A stretch of 45,080 nucleotides of DNA. Origin: a virus. Taxonomy: Duplodnaviria; Heunggongvirae; Uroviricota; Caudoviricetes. Positions 1 to 8,844 of the stretch are shown here, one piece after another (position 1 is the stretch's first letter; each line of letters begins with the position of its first letter). The position numbers and the translations under genes were made by a program. The DNA lies in IMG/VR virus record IMGVR_UViG_3300026966_000012. One strand, given 5' to 3'. The notes beneath the pieces are model-generated. The model made no database searches. It had not been told where the DNA came from and saw only the letters and a program-made list of their open reading frames with translations.

Positions 1-1
1 A

Positions 2-1918
2 AACATCCGGTTCAGCATCGGTGCTGGGTCGAGTACCCAGGAGGTGCTCTCGCAACTCGTCGCGGCGGCCCACGCGGTCGACGAGAGTGACATGGCGAAC
101 GCGATCAACATGGCGTTCGACGGTATCTCGGCACGTTCGTCGGAGATCCTCGCACAGGACGTCATTGCCCTCCGCCAGCTCCAAGAAGAAGCCAGCTCGC
201 TCTCCGACCAGCAACTCGAGCAGCGGGTCGCGACAGAGTTCAACCTCGACGAGCAGGGTGCGGGTCAGATGGCCGAGGCCATCCGCGCTGGAGAAGGGAC
301 ACAGTACCTTGCCCGCTCGATCGAGGATATGACGATCTCGGCCGAGCTCGCCCAGAAACAGGTCGAGTCGCTGTGGGGCGAGATCGAGTACCTCCAGGGA
401 TCGATCGAATCGCTGATCCTGAAGATGGTCGCCGGCATGAAGCCTGCGCTGGACGTGTTCTTCAGCGGCGCGAAGGCGCTCATGGACGTGCTCAACTCGA
501 ACCGCGCCGTCGTGAAGGGACTTGGGCTCGGACTGGCGTTCCTAACGGCGACGCTCATCGTGCTCACGGTCGTCTACGCGAAACTGGCGCTGTCTGCACA
601 CCTGGCCGCGATCGGCTTCTGGGACCAGACAGCGGCGATATCCACGAACACAATCGCAACGAAATTGAACACCATATCGAAAGTCGCAAACGAAGCCGCG
701 TCGCTGGCACTCGTCGTAGCCCAGCTTCTGCTTGGACAGACGACCCGGTGGAACGCGATGCAGCGTCTCGGGTATAACAACATGATGCGCCTCTCGACGC
801 TCCTCAAATGGAAGGACTCGTTAGCGACGTACTCACTCGCAAGCGCAGAAGGCGTGCTGGCGATTGGCGCCGGGGCCGCAGCCTTCGCACAGGGGCTCCT
901 CAATGCAGCCCTGGAATACTTCGAGACGATGACCGTTGTGGGCCAGATCATTTCGATCGCTGTTGGGCTGATCCTGATCGCAATCACCCTCGCCCTGATC
1001 ACTGAACGGTTCATCAACTTTGGCGACGCTGTCGATTCAGCCGGTGGGGCCCTGGATGACATGCTTCGTCCACTGGACCCGCTTATCGATGCGCTCTGGG
1101 TCCTCGTCGACGTCACAGCATGGACGCTCAAACTGCTGTACGAACTGACTGAGCTGACGATCGTGGTGTTCTTCTGGGCACTGGCTGAAGCGATCATGTG
1201 GACGGTCGACAGACTCATCGATTTCCTTGTCTGGTTCGACAGCCTCGGCGTTGTCGGGAAGACAGTCCTCTCGGTGATGTTCCCAATCCTCGGCGTGTTC
1301 TGGGCGCTGACGGCGGCCGCTGACTACCTCGGCGTCAAACTCGACGAGCTCGCCGAGCAGTGGGACTGGTTCGTCATGGTGATGACCCGTGGGTGGGCGC
1401 GGTTGGGTATCGCCATCGGCGACGAGATCAGGAAGCTGCTGCGATGGCTCGGCGACGGGCGTGACGGGTTCGACAGTTTCAGTGAAGACGTGAACGACAC
1501 GATCGGCGGCATCGCGGACTTCCTGCGTGAGCTGTCGACCATCAAGTTCTGGGCCGACGCACTCAGGGACCTGGGTCGCGATGGCGGCAAAGCGTTCGTG
1601 GATGGGTTCGTCGAGGGTATCAAAGCGACTGTCCCCGGCATCGGTGTCCTCGATGGACTCCTTAGTGGTGGTACTGGTTTCGGTGGCCCAGCGGGTGGGT
1701 TCAGTAGTGGCATGGCCGCTGACACCAGCACTGGACGCCGCGTCACCCAGACGAATCAGAATACGATTATCTTCGAGGGAGAGGTCCACGACTCGCAAGA
1801 GGTGGAGAGAATGGTCAACGACGGTATGAACACCGCAATAGAGGAGGCACAGGACGTGATTCAGGACGGACTCGACATGGCATCGGACGGAGACGGTGTC
1901 CTGGGAGGTCTGTTCTAA
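2..1918 (+). CDS. Tail tape measure protein, C-terminal part (5' truncated by window)
   Basis: Frame is open from base 2. Ala/Leu-rich helical sequence with long hydrophobic stretches and a Gly-rich C-terminus; directly upstream of baseplate genes. Confidence 0.8.
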   Translation, partial: NIRFSIGAGSSTQEVLSQLVAAAHAVDESDMANAINMAFDGISARSSEILAQDVIALRQLQEEASSLSDQQLEQRVATEFNLDEQGAGQMAEAIRAGEGTQYLARSIEDMTISAELAQKQVESLWGEIEYLQGSIESLILKMVAGMKPALDVFFSGAKALMDVLNSNRAVVKGLGLGLAFLTATLIVLTVVYAKLALSAHLAAIGFWDQTAAISTNTIATKLNTISKVANEAASLALVVAQLLLGQTTRWNAMQRLGYNNMMRLSTLLKWKDSLATYSLASAEGVLAIGAGAAAFAQGLLNAALEYFETMTVVGQIISIAVGLILIAITLALITERFINFGDAVDSAGGALDDMLRPLDPLIDALWVLVDVTAWTLKLLYELTELTIVVFFWALAEAIMWTVDRLIDFLVWFDSLGVVGKTVLSVMFPILGVFWALTAAADYLGVKLDELAEQWDWFVMVMTRGWARLGIAIGDEIRKLLRWLGDGRDGFDSFSEDVNDTIGGIADFLRELSTIKFWADALRDLGRDGGKAFVDGFVEGIKATVPGIGVLDGLLSGGTGFGGPAGGFSSGMAADTSTGRRVTQTNQNTIIFEGEVHDSQEVERMVNDGMNTAIEEAQDVIQDGLDMASDGDGVLGGLF

Positions 1919-2461
1919 ATGTCTGCGTCACCCGTCTCGTTCGGCCCTGGCGGGGGCACTGGAACGAGCCTCCGCGTCGGACCGGTAATCCTTGAAAACG
2001 CAGTCAAGGTCAACGAGTCTGGTGGTATCAACGCGCCGTCCAAGAGAACTGAGGAGGGATTCGACTGGACGACGAAGGTCCACGCAGAGCCGCGGACAGC
2101 GGAGTTCGAAGCGTGGGCGGAAGTGAACGACGTGACCTCAATCACGGCGCTTCGCGACTCGGGAGAACCCATCTCCGTTGCGTTTGATTTCGTGACGATG
2201 GGGAAGTGCAAGCTCGACGACCTGAACATCGACCACGAGCGCGATCACCCTGAGCACGTCTTCGTTCGAGTTCGGGTCACTGAAGTCTACACGCCCAGCA
2301 CAGAGACGGCGATTCTACGCGTGTCGTCTTCGGATGGGTCTGTTCGGTCGTCCGGGCCCGAGCTGTCAGACCCGTCGCTGGCCCGACCGGAGGAACGGAG
2401 CACGATCGGTGGAAGTGGGTCGGCGATAGACGACGTCCTCGACTGGCTGGGGTTTGAATAG
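1919..2461 (+). CDS. Tail tube initiator / Dit-like tail protein
   Basis: Immediately after tape measure; 180-aa beta-rich acidic protein in the position of tube-initiator genes of contractile tails. Confidence 0.5.
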   Translation: MSASPVSFGPGGGTGTSLRVGPVILENAVKVNESGGINAPSKRTEEGFDWTTKVHAEPRTAEFEAWAEVNDVTSITALRDSGEPISVAFDFVTMGKCKLDDLNIDHERDHPEHVFVRVRVTEVYTPSTETAILRVSSSDGSVRSSGPELSDPSLARPEERSTIGGSGSAIDDVLDWLGFE

Positions 2462-2463
2462 AC

Positions 2464-2790
2464 ATGGCGCTCGAAATCATCCCTATCGACCAAGCAAAGG
2501 CACGGCGGAAGGAGCCAATGCGCCTCGAAGTCTACGACATCGAGCTGTTCCCCGCAGAACGGTTCGAGATCACGTTCGACTGGAACGAGTACATGGACCG
2601 CTGGATAGTGACGTTCACCCACCTCGGGACAGACACACGCTTCTACAAGGGGCCAGCTGACCTCTACCAGGACTATGTCTACGACGACATCGTCGCGTTC
2701 ATGTTCATCGACCCGGCGACCCAGGAGACGGTGGTTAAACCAGAGAACCTTGGCGACACCGTCTGGCTGGCTGTCCTCGAGGTGAGCTAA
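2464..2790 (+). CDS. Small baseplate protein (plug-like)
   Basis: 108 aa; FDWNEYMDRW motif resembles small baseplate plug proteins preceding the hub gene; synteny. Confidence 0.5.
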   Translation: MALEIIPIDQAKARRKEPMRLEVYDIELFPAERFEITFDWNEYMDRWIVTFTHLGTDTRFYKGPADLYQDYVYDDIVAFMFIDPATQETVVKPENLGDTVWLAVLEVS

Positions 2791-3648
2791 ATGGTCTGGC
2801 AACAGTACCGCAGAGTCGAAGCGGGTAACGTGACGATCGAGGAGCTGGACATGGACATCACGATCGTCTACAGTGAGAGCTCTGGCCTCGAGTTCGACGT
2901 GACTATCTGGAATCTGGCCGACGACACGTGGGCCCGAATAGAGGAGGGTGACACCTGTCGTATCACGCTCGGGTGGGAGGAAGGGCCGACGAAGACCGTC
3001 GTGTTCGGGACGGTCGAAAAGTTGATCAAGTCACCAGATGGGAACGACGTTTCGTTCCGCATCAAGGGGAAAGATGAGACAGACCGCGCACTGCGCTATG
3101 GCTTCACGAAGACCTACGTCAACCAGACCTACAGCGCGATTGCCCGGTCGATCGCCGGCGAAATCGGCCTCACTGTCGGCGAGGTGGAGTCGACAAGTGC
3201 AGGCCCCACTCGAGAGTTTACCGTGCAGAAAGACCGACCCGCCCGACACTGGCTCAATCAGTTGGTCGCGAAAACACAGAACAAGACAGACGACCCGTGG
3301 GAGTGGTTCGTTGACTCGGGTAAGCTCTACTTCGTCAGGAAAGACGGACGGAAGGAAGATGCCGTCCGGTTGAGCTTCGAGAACACGCTCATCACCATCG
3401 GTGAGTCGGAGGGAGAGAAAGAGGCCGAACAGGCTGGACTCGACTTTACCGCCCTGTGTGAGCCACGTATCCGAAAGGGCGGGGCTGTCGCCGTCGACAC
3501 GCCACAGTACACTGGCGCGTACAAGGTCACATCGTACCGGTTCAGGTCGAACACAGTCTCCGGCGATCACCAGGTGAGTGGGTCACTCGCACCACTGGGT
3601 GCCAGCTACGAAATCGCGCCAGCAGGCGCACGGGAGTTGCTCGACTGA
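2791..3648 (+). CDS. Baseplate hub protein (gp27/gpD-like)
   Basis: 285 aa; ITIWNL..TW, ITLGW, W+YF motifs typical of hub proteins; lies between plug and spike. Confidence 0.7.
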   Translation: MVWQQYRRVEAGNVTIEELDMDITIVYSESSGLEFDVTIWNLADDTWARIEEGDTCRITLGWEEGPTKTVVFGTVEKLIKSPDGNDVSFRIKGKDETDRALRYGFTKTYVNQTYSAIARSIAGEIGLTVGEVESTSAGPTREFTVQKDRPARHWLNQLVAKTQNKTDDPWEWFVDSGKLYFVRKDGRKEDAVRLSFENTLITIGESEGEKEAEQAGLDFTALCEPRIRKGGAVAVDTPQYTGAYKVTSYRFRSNTVSGDHQVSGSLAPLGASYEIAPAGARELLD

Positions 3649-4466
3649 TGTCGGACATTCCTGGAAAGATCAAGCAGATCATCCGCGAGGAACTTCGTGG
3701 CGTGTACACGATCTCGATCTGCATCGTCGAGGAGTTCGATGCTGCTGAGATGCGCGTTCGGGTAAGTCTCAAGCGCGACAGTGAAGCGATCGCCACGGTC
3801 CCGGTTGCAACCCCGTTCGCGCAGACCGACGGATACGGCATGGCGGTCCCGATAGCCAGCGGTGATGAAGGTCTCCTGTTGCACACCAAAGAGGAGATCG
3901 AAGACCTGACCGTCGACGCTGGACACCAGGATGTCGAGCTCAATCACGTCGCGTTCGACATCAACGACGGGTTGTTTTTCCCACGCTACTGGAACGACAA
4001 CGATGACAAACCAGTCGACATCTACGCCGAGTACAAGAAAGGAGACCTGCTGATCGCCCACGGTGCGGATACGTTCGTGCACATCAAGGGTGACGAACAC
4101 GACGACCCTGGAACGACAACGATTCAGACAGCATCGGGGCCGAAGGTCACACTTGACGAGACGGCAAGTGCAGAGAACGTGACGGTAGAGACAGATAACC
4201 TCTCGCTCACACTCGACGACACGCCCGGGGTAGAGAATATCACGGCACAGACCGAGATGCTCACGCTCGTGCTCGATGATACGTCTGGGGCGGAGACCAT
4301 CACGGCGGAAACCTCGTCGGGAGCCGGTATCAAGATAGAGCATGTGAGCGGTGTGTTCAAACTACTCGACAAGAGTGGACACGGCTTCGTCTCAGACGGC
4401 GCCGGGAACATCACGGCCTACGCGGCGTCGTTCGACATCAACGACCAGGGTACGACCTCGTTATGA
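3648..4466 (+). CDS. Baseplate central spike (Gp138 N-terminal/gpV-like)
   Basis: N-terminal OB-like region (RVRV..., PIASGDEGLLL, DINDGLFFP) followed by repetitive beta-helix segments (LTLDDT repeats). Confidence 0.75.
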   Translation: MSDIPGKIKQIIREELRGVYTISICIVEEFDAAEMRVRVSLKRDSEAIATVPVATPFAQTDGYGMAVPIASGDEGLLLHTKEEIEDLTVDAGHQDVELNHVAFDINDGLFFPRYWNDNDDKPVDIYAEYKKGDLLIAHGADTFVHIKGDEHDDPGTTTIQTASGPKVTLDETASAENVTVETDNLSLTLDDTPGVENITAQTEMLTLVLDDTSGAETITAETSSGAGIKIEHVSGVFKLLDKSGHGFVSDGAGNITAYAASFDINDQGTTSL

Positions 4467-4840
4467 GCCTGTATCTCACGCTGATCGGCGCGAACTGTGA
4501 CGCCTTTGGCCACCCGAATAACTGTCAGGAGCCCGCTCCCGGCGCAGTCCAGGCCACGAGTGCCTGTCCGTTCACGGTCAACGGGACAGAGGTAGCGACC
4601 GAGGCGACGGCTGATATGCACTTAAACTCACACGCCCACGATTACGACTCCGAGAACGGGTGTCACCAGAACCAGAGTCACGATCTCGACCCGGACACAG
4701 GCAAGCTCAGCGATTCGGTCACGGTCAACGGAAGACCGGTCTACCTGACGGACACGGCCGTCGCGAACGACCCGGGATCGGGTGGGGATATCGATATCGT
4801 CGACGCCGGCGGCAACGCGTTTGTCACGGAGAGCCCATAA
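4463..4840 (+). CDS. PAAR-like spike tip protein
   Basis: 125 aa right after spike; TVNG repeats, VTVNGRPV, and His/Cys residues for a metal site; ATGA overlap. Confidence 0.65.
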   Translation: MSLYLTLIGANCDAFGHPNNCQEPAPGAVQATSACPFTVNGTEVATEATADMHLNSHAHDYDSENGCHQNQSHDLDPDTGKLSDSVTVNGRPVYLTDTAVANDPGSGGDIDIVDAGGNAFVTESP

Positions 4841-4911
4841 AATATTAGATACTTTTACAGTCGTAGTAGTGTAATAGTATCAGATCCCGCACTCACTACC
4901 ACCAGAAACGC

Positions 4912-4942
4912 TGCACGTGTATATACACACGCACATATGTAC
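4912..4942 (+). repeat. 31-bp purine/pyrimidine-alternating intergenic element, copy 1
   Basis: TGCACGTGTATATACACACGCACATATGTAC; 29/31 identical to the reverse complement of 39436-39466. Confidence 0.85.
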
Positions 4943-4978
4943 ACATAGCCATTTTGAGACCCCTGAGAGTTCCTCTCT

Positions 4979-4998
4979 GAAAACTGGTATATATTCGA
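4979..4998 (+). promoter_or_regulatory. BRE/TATA promoter (GAAAACTGGTATATATTCGA)
   Basis: GAAA plus TATATA about 26 nt before ATG 5019 (leaderless spacing); near-identical element at 44193-44211. Confidence 0.6.
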
Positions 4999-5018
4999 GA
5001 AGGTGTTTGTACGAGTGA

Positions 5019-5393
5019 ATGGGAGAGTCCGGGTACGGCAAAACATGGGCCCTGGAAGCCGACGGTGACATCAAGTTCACTGAGCTCAATAGCCCGGAGT
5101 TCATCGAAGGGACACGCGCCGTCGTCCAGGACATGAAAGTCACGCTGGCAACGATACGTGGAGAAGATCCGTTCGACGAGAACCACGGGCTGGACATGTT
5201 CACCGTTGCCGGCGGGTCTGACGAGGAGCTTCGCTTCGCTATCACGGAGGCGCTTCTCGACGACTTCTCGGACGTCATTCAGGAGATCAACGAGATCGAT
5301 ATTAGCGACCCGAACGAGAACCGGATGCGAGACGTTACGATCGACCTCACGCTCGTCGATGACGAGAACTACACCTTCGAGGTGATCGTATGA
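5019..5393 (+). CDS. Baseplate wedge / sheath initiator (gp25-like)
   Basis: 124 aa just before baseplate J; LATIRGEDPFDENHGLD resembles the gp25-like GE.....G motif. Confidence 0.65.
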   Translation: MGESGYGKTWALEADGDIKFTELNSPEFIEGTRAVVQDMKVTLATIRGEDPFDENHGLDMFTVAGGSDEELRFAITEALLDDFSDVIQEINEIDISDPNENRMRDVTIDLTLVDDENYTFEVIV

Positions 5394-6676
5394 GCTTTGG
5401 CGTCCAGAGTGACGGGTCGTTCAACCGGAAACACGTCGACGACATCGTTGACGATCTTGAGACCAAACTCAAACAGGAAGCTGGGAACGATATCGACCTG
5501 CGCCAGGGATCACCGCTCAAGCAAGTCATCGACATGGTGGCTATCGAGCTCGCCGAGCAGTGGGAGGCGCAAGAAGACAACTACTACGCCTCGTACTACG
5601 AGGATGCGTTCGGCATCCAACTCGACAGACTACTCGCAATCGCCGGTATCAGTCGGATTCCACGTCGGGGCGCGACCGGCGAAGTGACGTTCTCGACCGA
5701 TAGTGCAAACTCGAACGACGTCTCGATTCCGGCTGGGACACAGGTGACGACAGAGGCAACCGACACGAAGCCGGCGATACCGTTCAAGACGACAGAAAAC
5801 GTCACGCTCACGGCCGGGAATACGAGTGTGACCGGCGTCGAGATCAAAGCCCTGGAGCCACACGAGACGGACGTTGACGAGGATTGGCTCGGGGATGAGA
5901 CGAACGTCGCCGCGAATACGATCAAAGTAATCTCGAACCCGATATCTGGTGTCGACTCTGTAACGAACCCGAACAAAACGGGTGACACCGTTCAGGACTA
6001 CGTCACCGGTCGGGACAAAGAGACGGACGCTGAGCTCAAACTCCGGTACGAGAACGTACTGTCGAAGTCCGGGTCTGCAACACTGGATGCGATCCACTCG
6101 CAGATATACAACGCCCATGAGGACATCACGAGCGTGAAGATGGAGGAGAACGTCGACCTGATAGACAACACCGGGTCTGGCGGTCTCCCGCCGAAATCCT
6201 TCCGTGCAACTGTCCACTACACGGGTAGTCACGATAGCGACATAGCCCAGGCCATCCTCGACTCACGACCCGCAGGAATCGAGTCCTACGGGGCGCAGTC
6301 TGCAACAGCACAGACAGAGGATGGGTCTCAGTACACGGAATACTGGGACGACTCGACGGAGACAAGCATTTACGTCGATATCACTGTGACGACAACAGCA
6401 ACCTTCCCGGGCAATGGGACTGACCTCGTCGAGAATGAGATCATCAAGTACATCGGCGGGACCGACAACAGCGGGACCGAATACCCAGGGACGGACATCA
6501 GCGACGACGTGATCTACGACCAGGTGTTCGCTGCGGCAATGCGTGTCGAGGGCGTGCAGGAAGCTGACCTGACCATCGGTACGTCGGATAACCCGACTGG
6601 GACGGCAAATGTTTCGATCGGAACGGCTGAGGTCGCAAGTACAGACACCGGTAAGATCGACGTCACGACAAACTGA
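5390..6676 (+). CDS. Baseplate J-like wedge protein
   Basis: GIQLDRL, ATGEVTF, IPAGT, GRDKETDAELKLR and RPAGI motifs typical of baseplate J family. Confidence 0.9.
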   Translation: MSFGVQSDGSFNRKHVDDIVDDLETKLKQEAGNDIDLRQGSPLKQVIDMVAIELAEQWEAQEDNYYASYYEDAFGIQLDRLLAIAGISRIPRRGATGEVTFSTDSANSNDVSIPAGTQVTTEATDTKPAIPFKTTENVTLTAGNTSVTGVEIKALEPHETDVDEDWLGDETNVAANTIKVISNPISGVDSVTNPNKTGDTVQDYVTGRDKETDAELKLRYENVLSKSGSATLDAIHSQIYNAHEDITSVKMEENVDLIDNTGSGGLPPKSFRATVHYTGSHDSDIAQAILDSRPAGIESYGAQSATAQTEDGSQYTEYWDDSTETSIYVDITVTTTATFPGNGTDLVENEIIKYIGGTDNSGTEYPGTDISDDVIYDQVFAAAMRVEGVQEADLTIGTSDNPTGTANVSIGTAEVASTDTGKIDVTTN

Positions 6677-6687
6677 GGTAGAGAGAT

Positions 6688-7317
6688 ATGGCACATGGAG
6701 GCTCGACTGAAACGTCCGAAGAACGGCTCGAGGAGAACCTCAAATCGCCGTACCCGCACCACGACGGGACGAACTGGTCGGCGCTTATCGATACGTTCGC
6801 TTCAGAGTTCGATGCTCTGGAGACGACTCGTGATACAGTGCTGGACTCAGTGGTGGTGGACAAGGCGACTGGTGCGCAACTGGACCGGCTGGGGGAGATC
6901 GTGCAGCTCCCGCGCCAGACGAACGAGACGGACCCTCACTACCGAGGCCGCCTCAAAGTGCAGCTCAAGAAGTACATCGGGGGCGCAACTATCGACGAGA
7001 TAAAAGAGACAGCCGCGATCCTCCTCGACACGACAGAAGATCAGATCACGATCGAGGAGGACTTCGCGACTGAGGCCGCGCGGTTCACCATCCAGATCAC
7101 CGACGACGCCCTGGACACAGCTGGTGTGACGGCAAACGACTTCAAGACGTTCGTCGACGAAATCCGTGGTGCTGGGATCAAGGCGCTGGCTGAGGAGAGA
7201 GGAACCTTTACATATCGGTCAGCACAAGATTACAGTAGCGGGACAAATGACCCGACCAAGGGGTACTACGACTCGACAGACGGCGTCGAGAACGGCACAT
7301 ACTCGGGTTTACTGTAG
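6688..7317 (+). CDS. Baseplate wedge protein (gpI-like)
   Basis: ATGAQLDRLGEIV...R..ETD..YR motif; follows baseplate J. Confidence 0.65.
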   Translation: MAHGGSTETSEERLEENLKSPYPHHDGTNWSALIDTFASEFDALETTRDTVLDSVVVDKATGAQLDRLGEIVQLPRQTNETDPHYRGRLKVQLKKYIGGATIDEIKETAAILLDTTEDQITIEEDFATEAARFTIQITDDALDTAGVTANDFKTFVDEIRGAGIKALAEERGTFTYRSAQDYSSGTNDPTKGYYDSTDGVENGTYSGLL

Positions 7318-7332
7318 CCCGAAGAAATGACA

Positions 7333-7869
7333 ATGTCCGAAAACAACAGAGAAGTGGACCTGACGGCTGACGATGGCGAGCTCGACGCTTCTGGTGGTAT
7401 CGAGGCGGAGGACGTCGAGGAGCCGGAGTTCGACCCGGTGGCCGAAGGGAAAGAAGAAGCCAAGCGCGTCCTGAACGCGGTCGGTGGAGACAGCGAGTAC
7501 GACCGCGCGGCGAGCGCACTGGCGCAGAAGCAACAGAGCGTCGAATCCATGTCCCAGCAGCACCAGGCCGCTGTGAAAAACATCCAGGCGCTGGAACAGC
7601 GTATCGAGGGACTGGACCTGACCATCAGTCGCCTGGAGGATGTCGACGATGACACGACCGTCTTCCAGCAGCTGGAGGGCGGGGTAATCATCGAGGTTGT
7701 CGACGACGACACTGACGGTGTGAAGGAGAGCCTGGAAGACGCACGCGAATCGCTAACCGAACAGATCGAAGACCTGCGCGGTCAATCAGAGGCGCTCGAA
7801 CGTGGGGTGCAGAAGAACCACTCTGCGATCCAGTACCTCGAGATGTACCGCGACATGAACGAAGAATAG
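7333..7869 (+). CDS. Prefoldin-beta-like coiled-coil protein, candidate tail-fibre chaperone
   Basis: Coiled coil, beta-hairpin (LEDVDDDTTVFQQLEGGVIIEV), coiled coil, matching prefoldin subunit architecture; alternative start 7327. Confidence 0.55.
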   Translation: MSENNREVDLTADDGELDASGGIEAEDVEEPEFDPVAEGKEEAKRVLNAVGGDSEYDRAASALAQKQQSVESMSQQHQAAVKNIQALEQRIEGLDLTISRLEDVDDDTTVFQQLEGGVIIEVVDDDTDGVKESLEDARESLTEQIEDLRGQSEALERGVQKNHSAIQYLEMYRDMNEE

Positions 7870-7895
7870 CTCGCTGACAACGATACCCTCCAAGC

Positions 7896-8843
7896 ATGGC
7901 CGACGCAATTACACTGCAATCCTGGACCTGGACCGATTCCGGCACCGAGCCCACGCAAGGTGACGAGAGCTACGCGAGCGGTGAGCAGCCGATCGCGGAA
8001 TACGACAACTGGGCGATGTGGGCGGTGACGACCGACATCGACTCACTGAACGCCGAGCTCGGCGCACACGCATCGAACCACGAGGCTGGTGGTCAAGACG
8101 AGATCGACCTGTCCGGCCTCGATGTCGGGACGGCTGCACAGTTCGTCGACAACGCCGGTGCGTTTGAGGTACAGACGACTGGTGGGTCGACGATGGCCGC
8201 TATATCGGGCGGTGACTGGACGACGTTCCCGGATATCAACGACGCGTTCACCCTCAAACAGGACATGACGCTCGGCGGGGGCCGAACGATTCAGGTTGGC
8301 CAGGACTCGGGTGCACAGACCCTGGTCGACATGGCGGTGACCTCCTCACCCACAGCAGGTGTGGAACAGTCCTACATGCTGGCGGTGGATGGGTCGTCGT
8401 ACCTGAAAGCGTACGCGGAGGCTGACGGTGCTGGTGGTATCCAGAACGCGAAGTTGGAGTCCTACGTGGACACGGTGATCGCGGCTGGGAACGACCTGAC
8501 ACTCGGGAACGACCTCGTCGCGGCGGGCGGTGAGGTGATCTGGGACGAATCGGCTGGGCACATCGAGCAGAACCAGCTGGAGAACGATAGTCTCACGATC
8601 ACCGGTGGCAACGCGATCTCCGGCGGGGCGGTCTCGCTCGGTGGGTCAGTCACAGTCGGCGTTCAGTCCAACTCGATCCAGACGGACGAGCTCGACCTCA
8701 GTATCGCGCCAACGTGGACAGGGGCACACACGTTCAATGGTGGGATCACGATGGGCGGGCCGCTGGACCTGAACGGCAACTCGCTCGAGGGGACCGATGG
8801 CGTCGTCCTCCCAGTTGGGACGGACAAATACGTGACCCAGTAA
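7896..8843 (+). CDS. Tail fibre protein (proximal, baseplate-attached)
   Basis: N-terminal W.D.G.EP....Y..GEQP.AEYDNW motif resembles fibre attachment domains; Gly/Thr/Asp-rich beta repeats; follows wedge genes. Confidence 0.65.
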   Translation: MADAITLQSWTWTDSGTEPTQGDESYASGEQPIAEYDNWAMWAVTTDIDSLNAELGAHASNHEAGGQDEIDLSGLDVGTAAQFVDNAGAFEVQTTGGSTMAAISGGDWTTFPDINDAFTLKQDMTLGGGRTIQVGQDSGAQTLVDMAVTSSPTAGVEQSYMLAVDGSSYLKAYAEADGAGGIQNAKLESYVDTVIAAGNDLTLGNDLVAAGGEVIWDESAGHIEQNQLENDSLTITGGNAISGGAVSLGGSVTVGVQSNSIQTDELDLSIAPTWTGAHTFNGGITMGGPLDLNGNSLEGTDGVVLPVGTDKYVTQ

Positions 8844-8844
8844 G

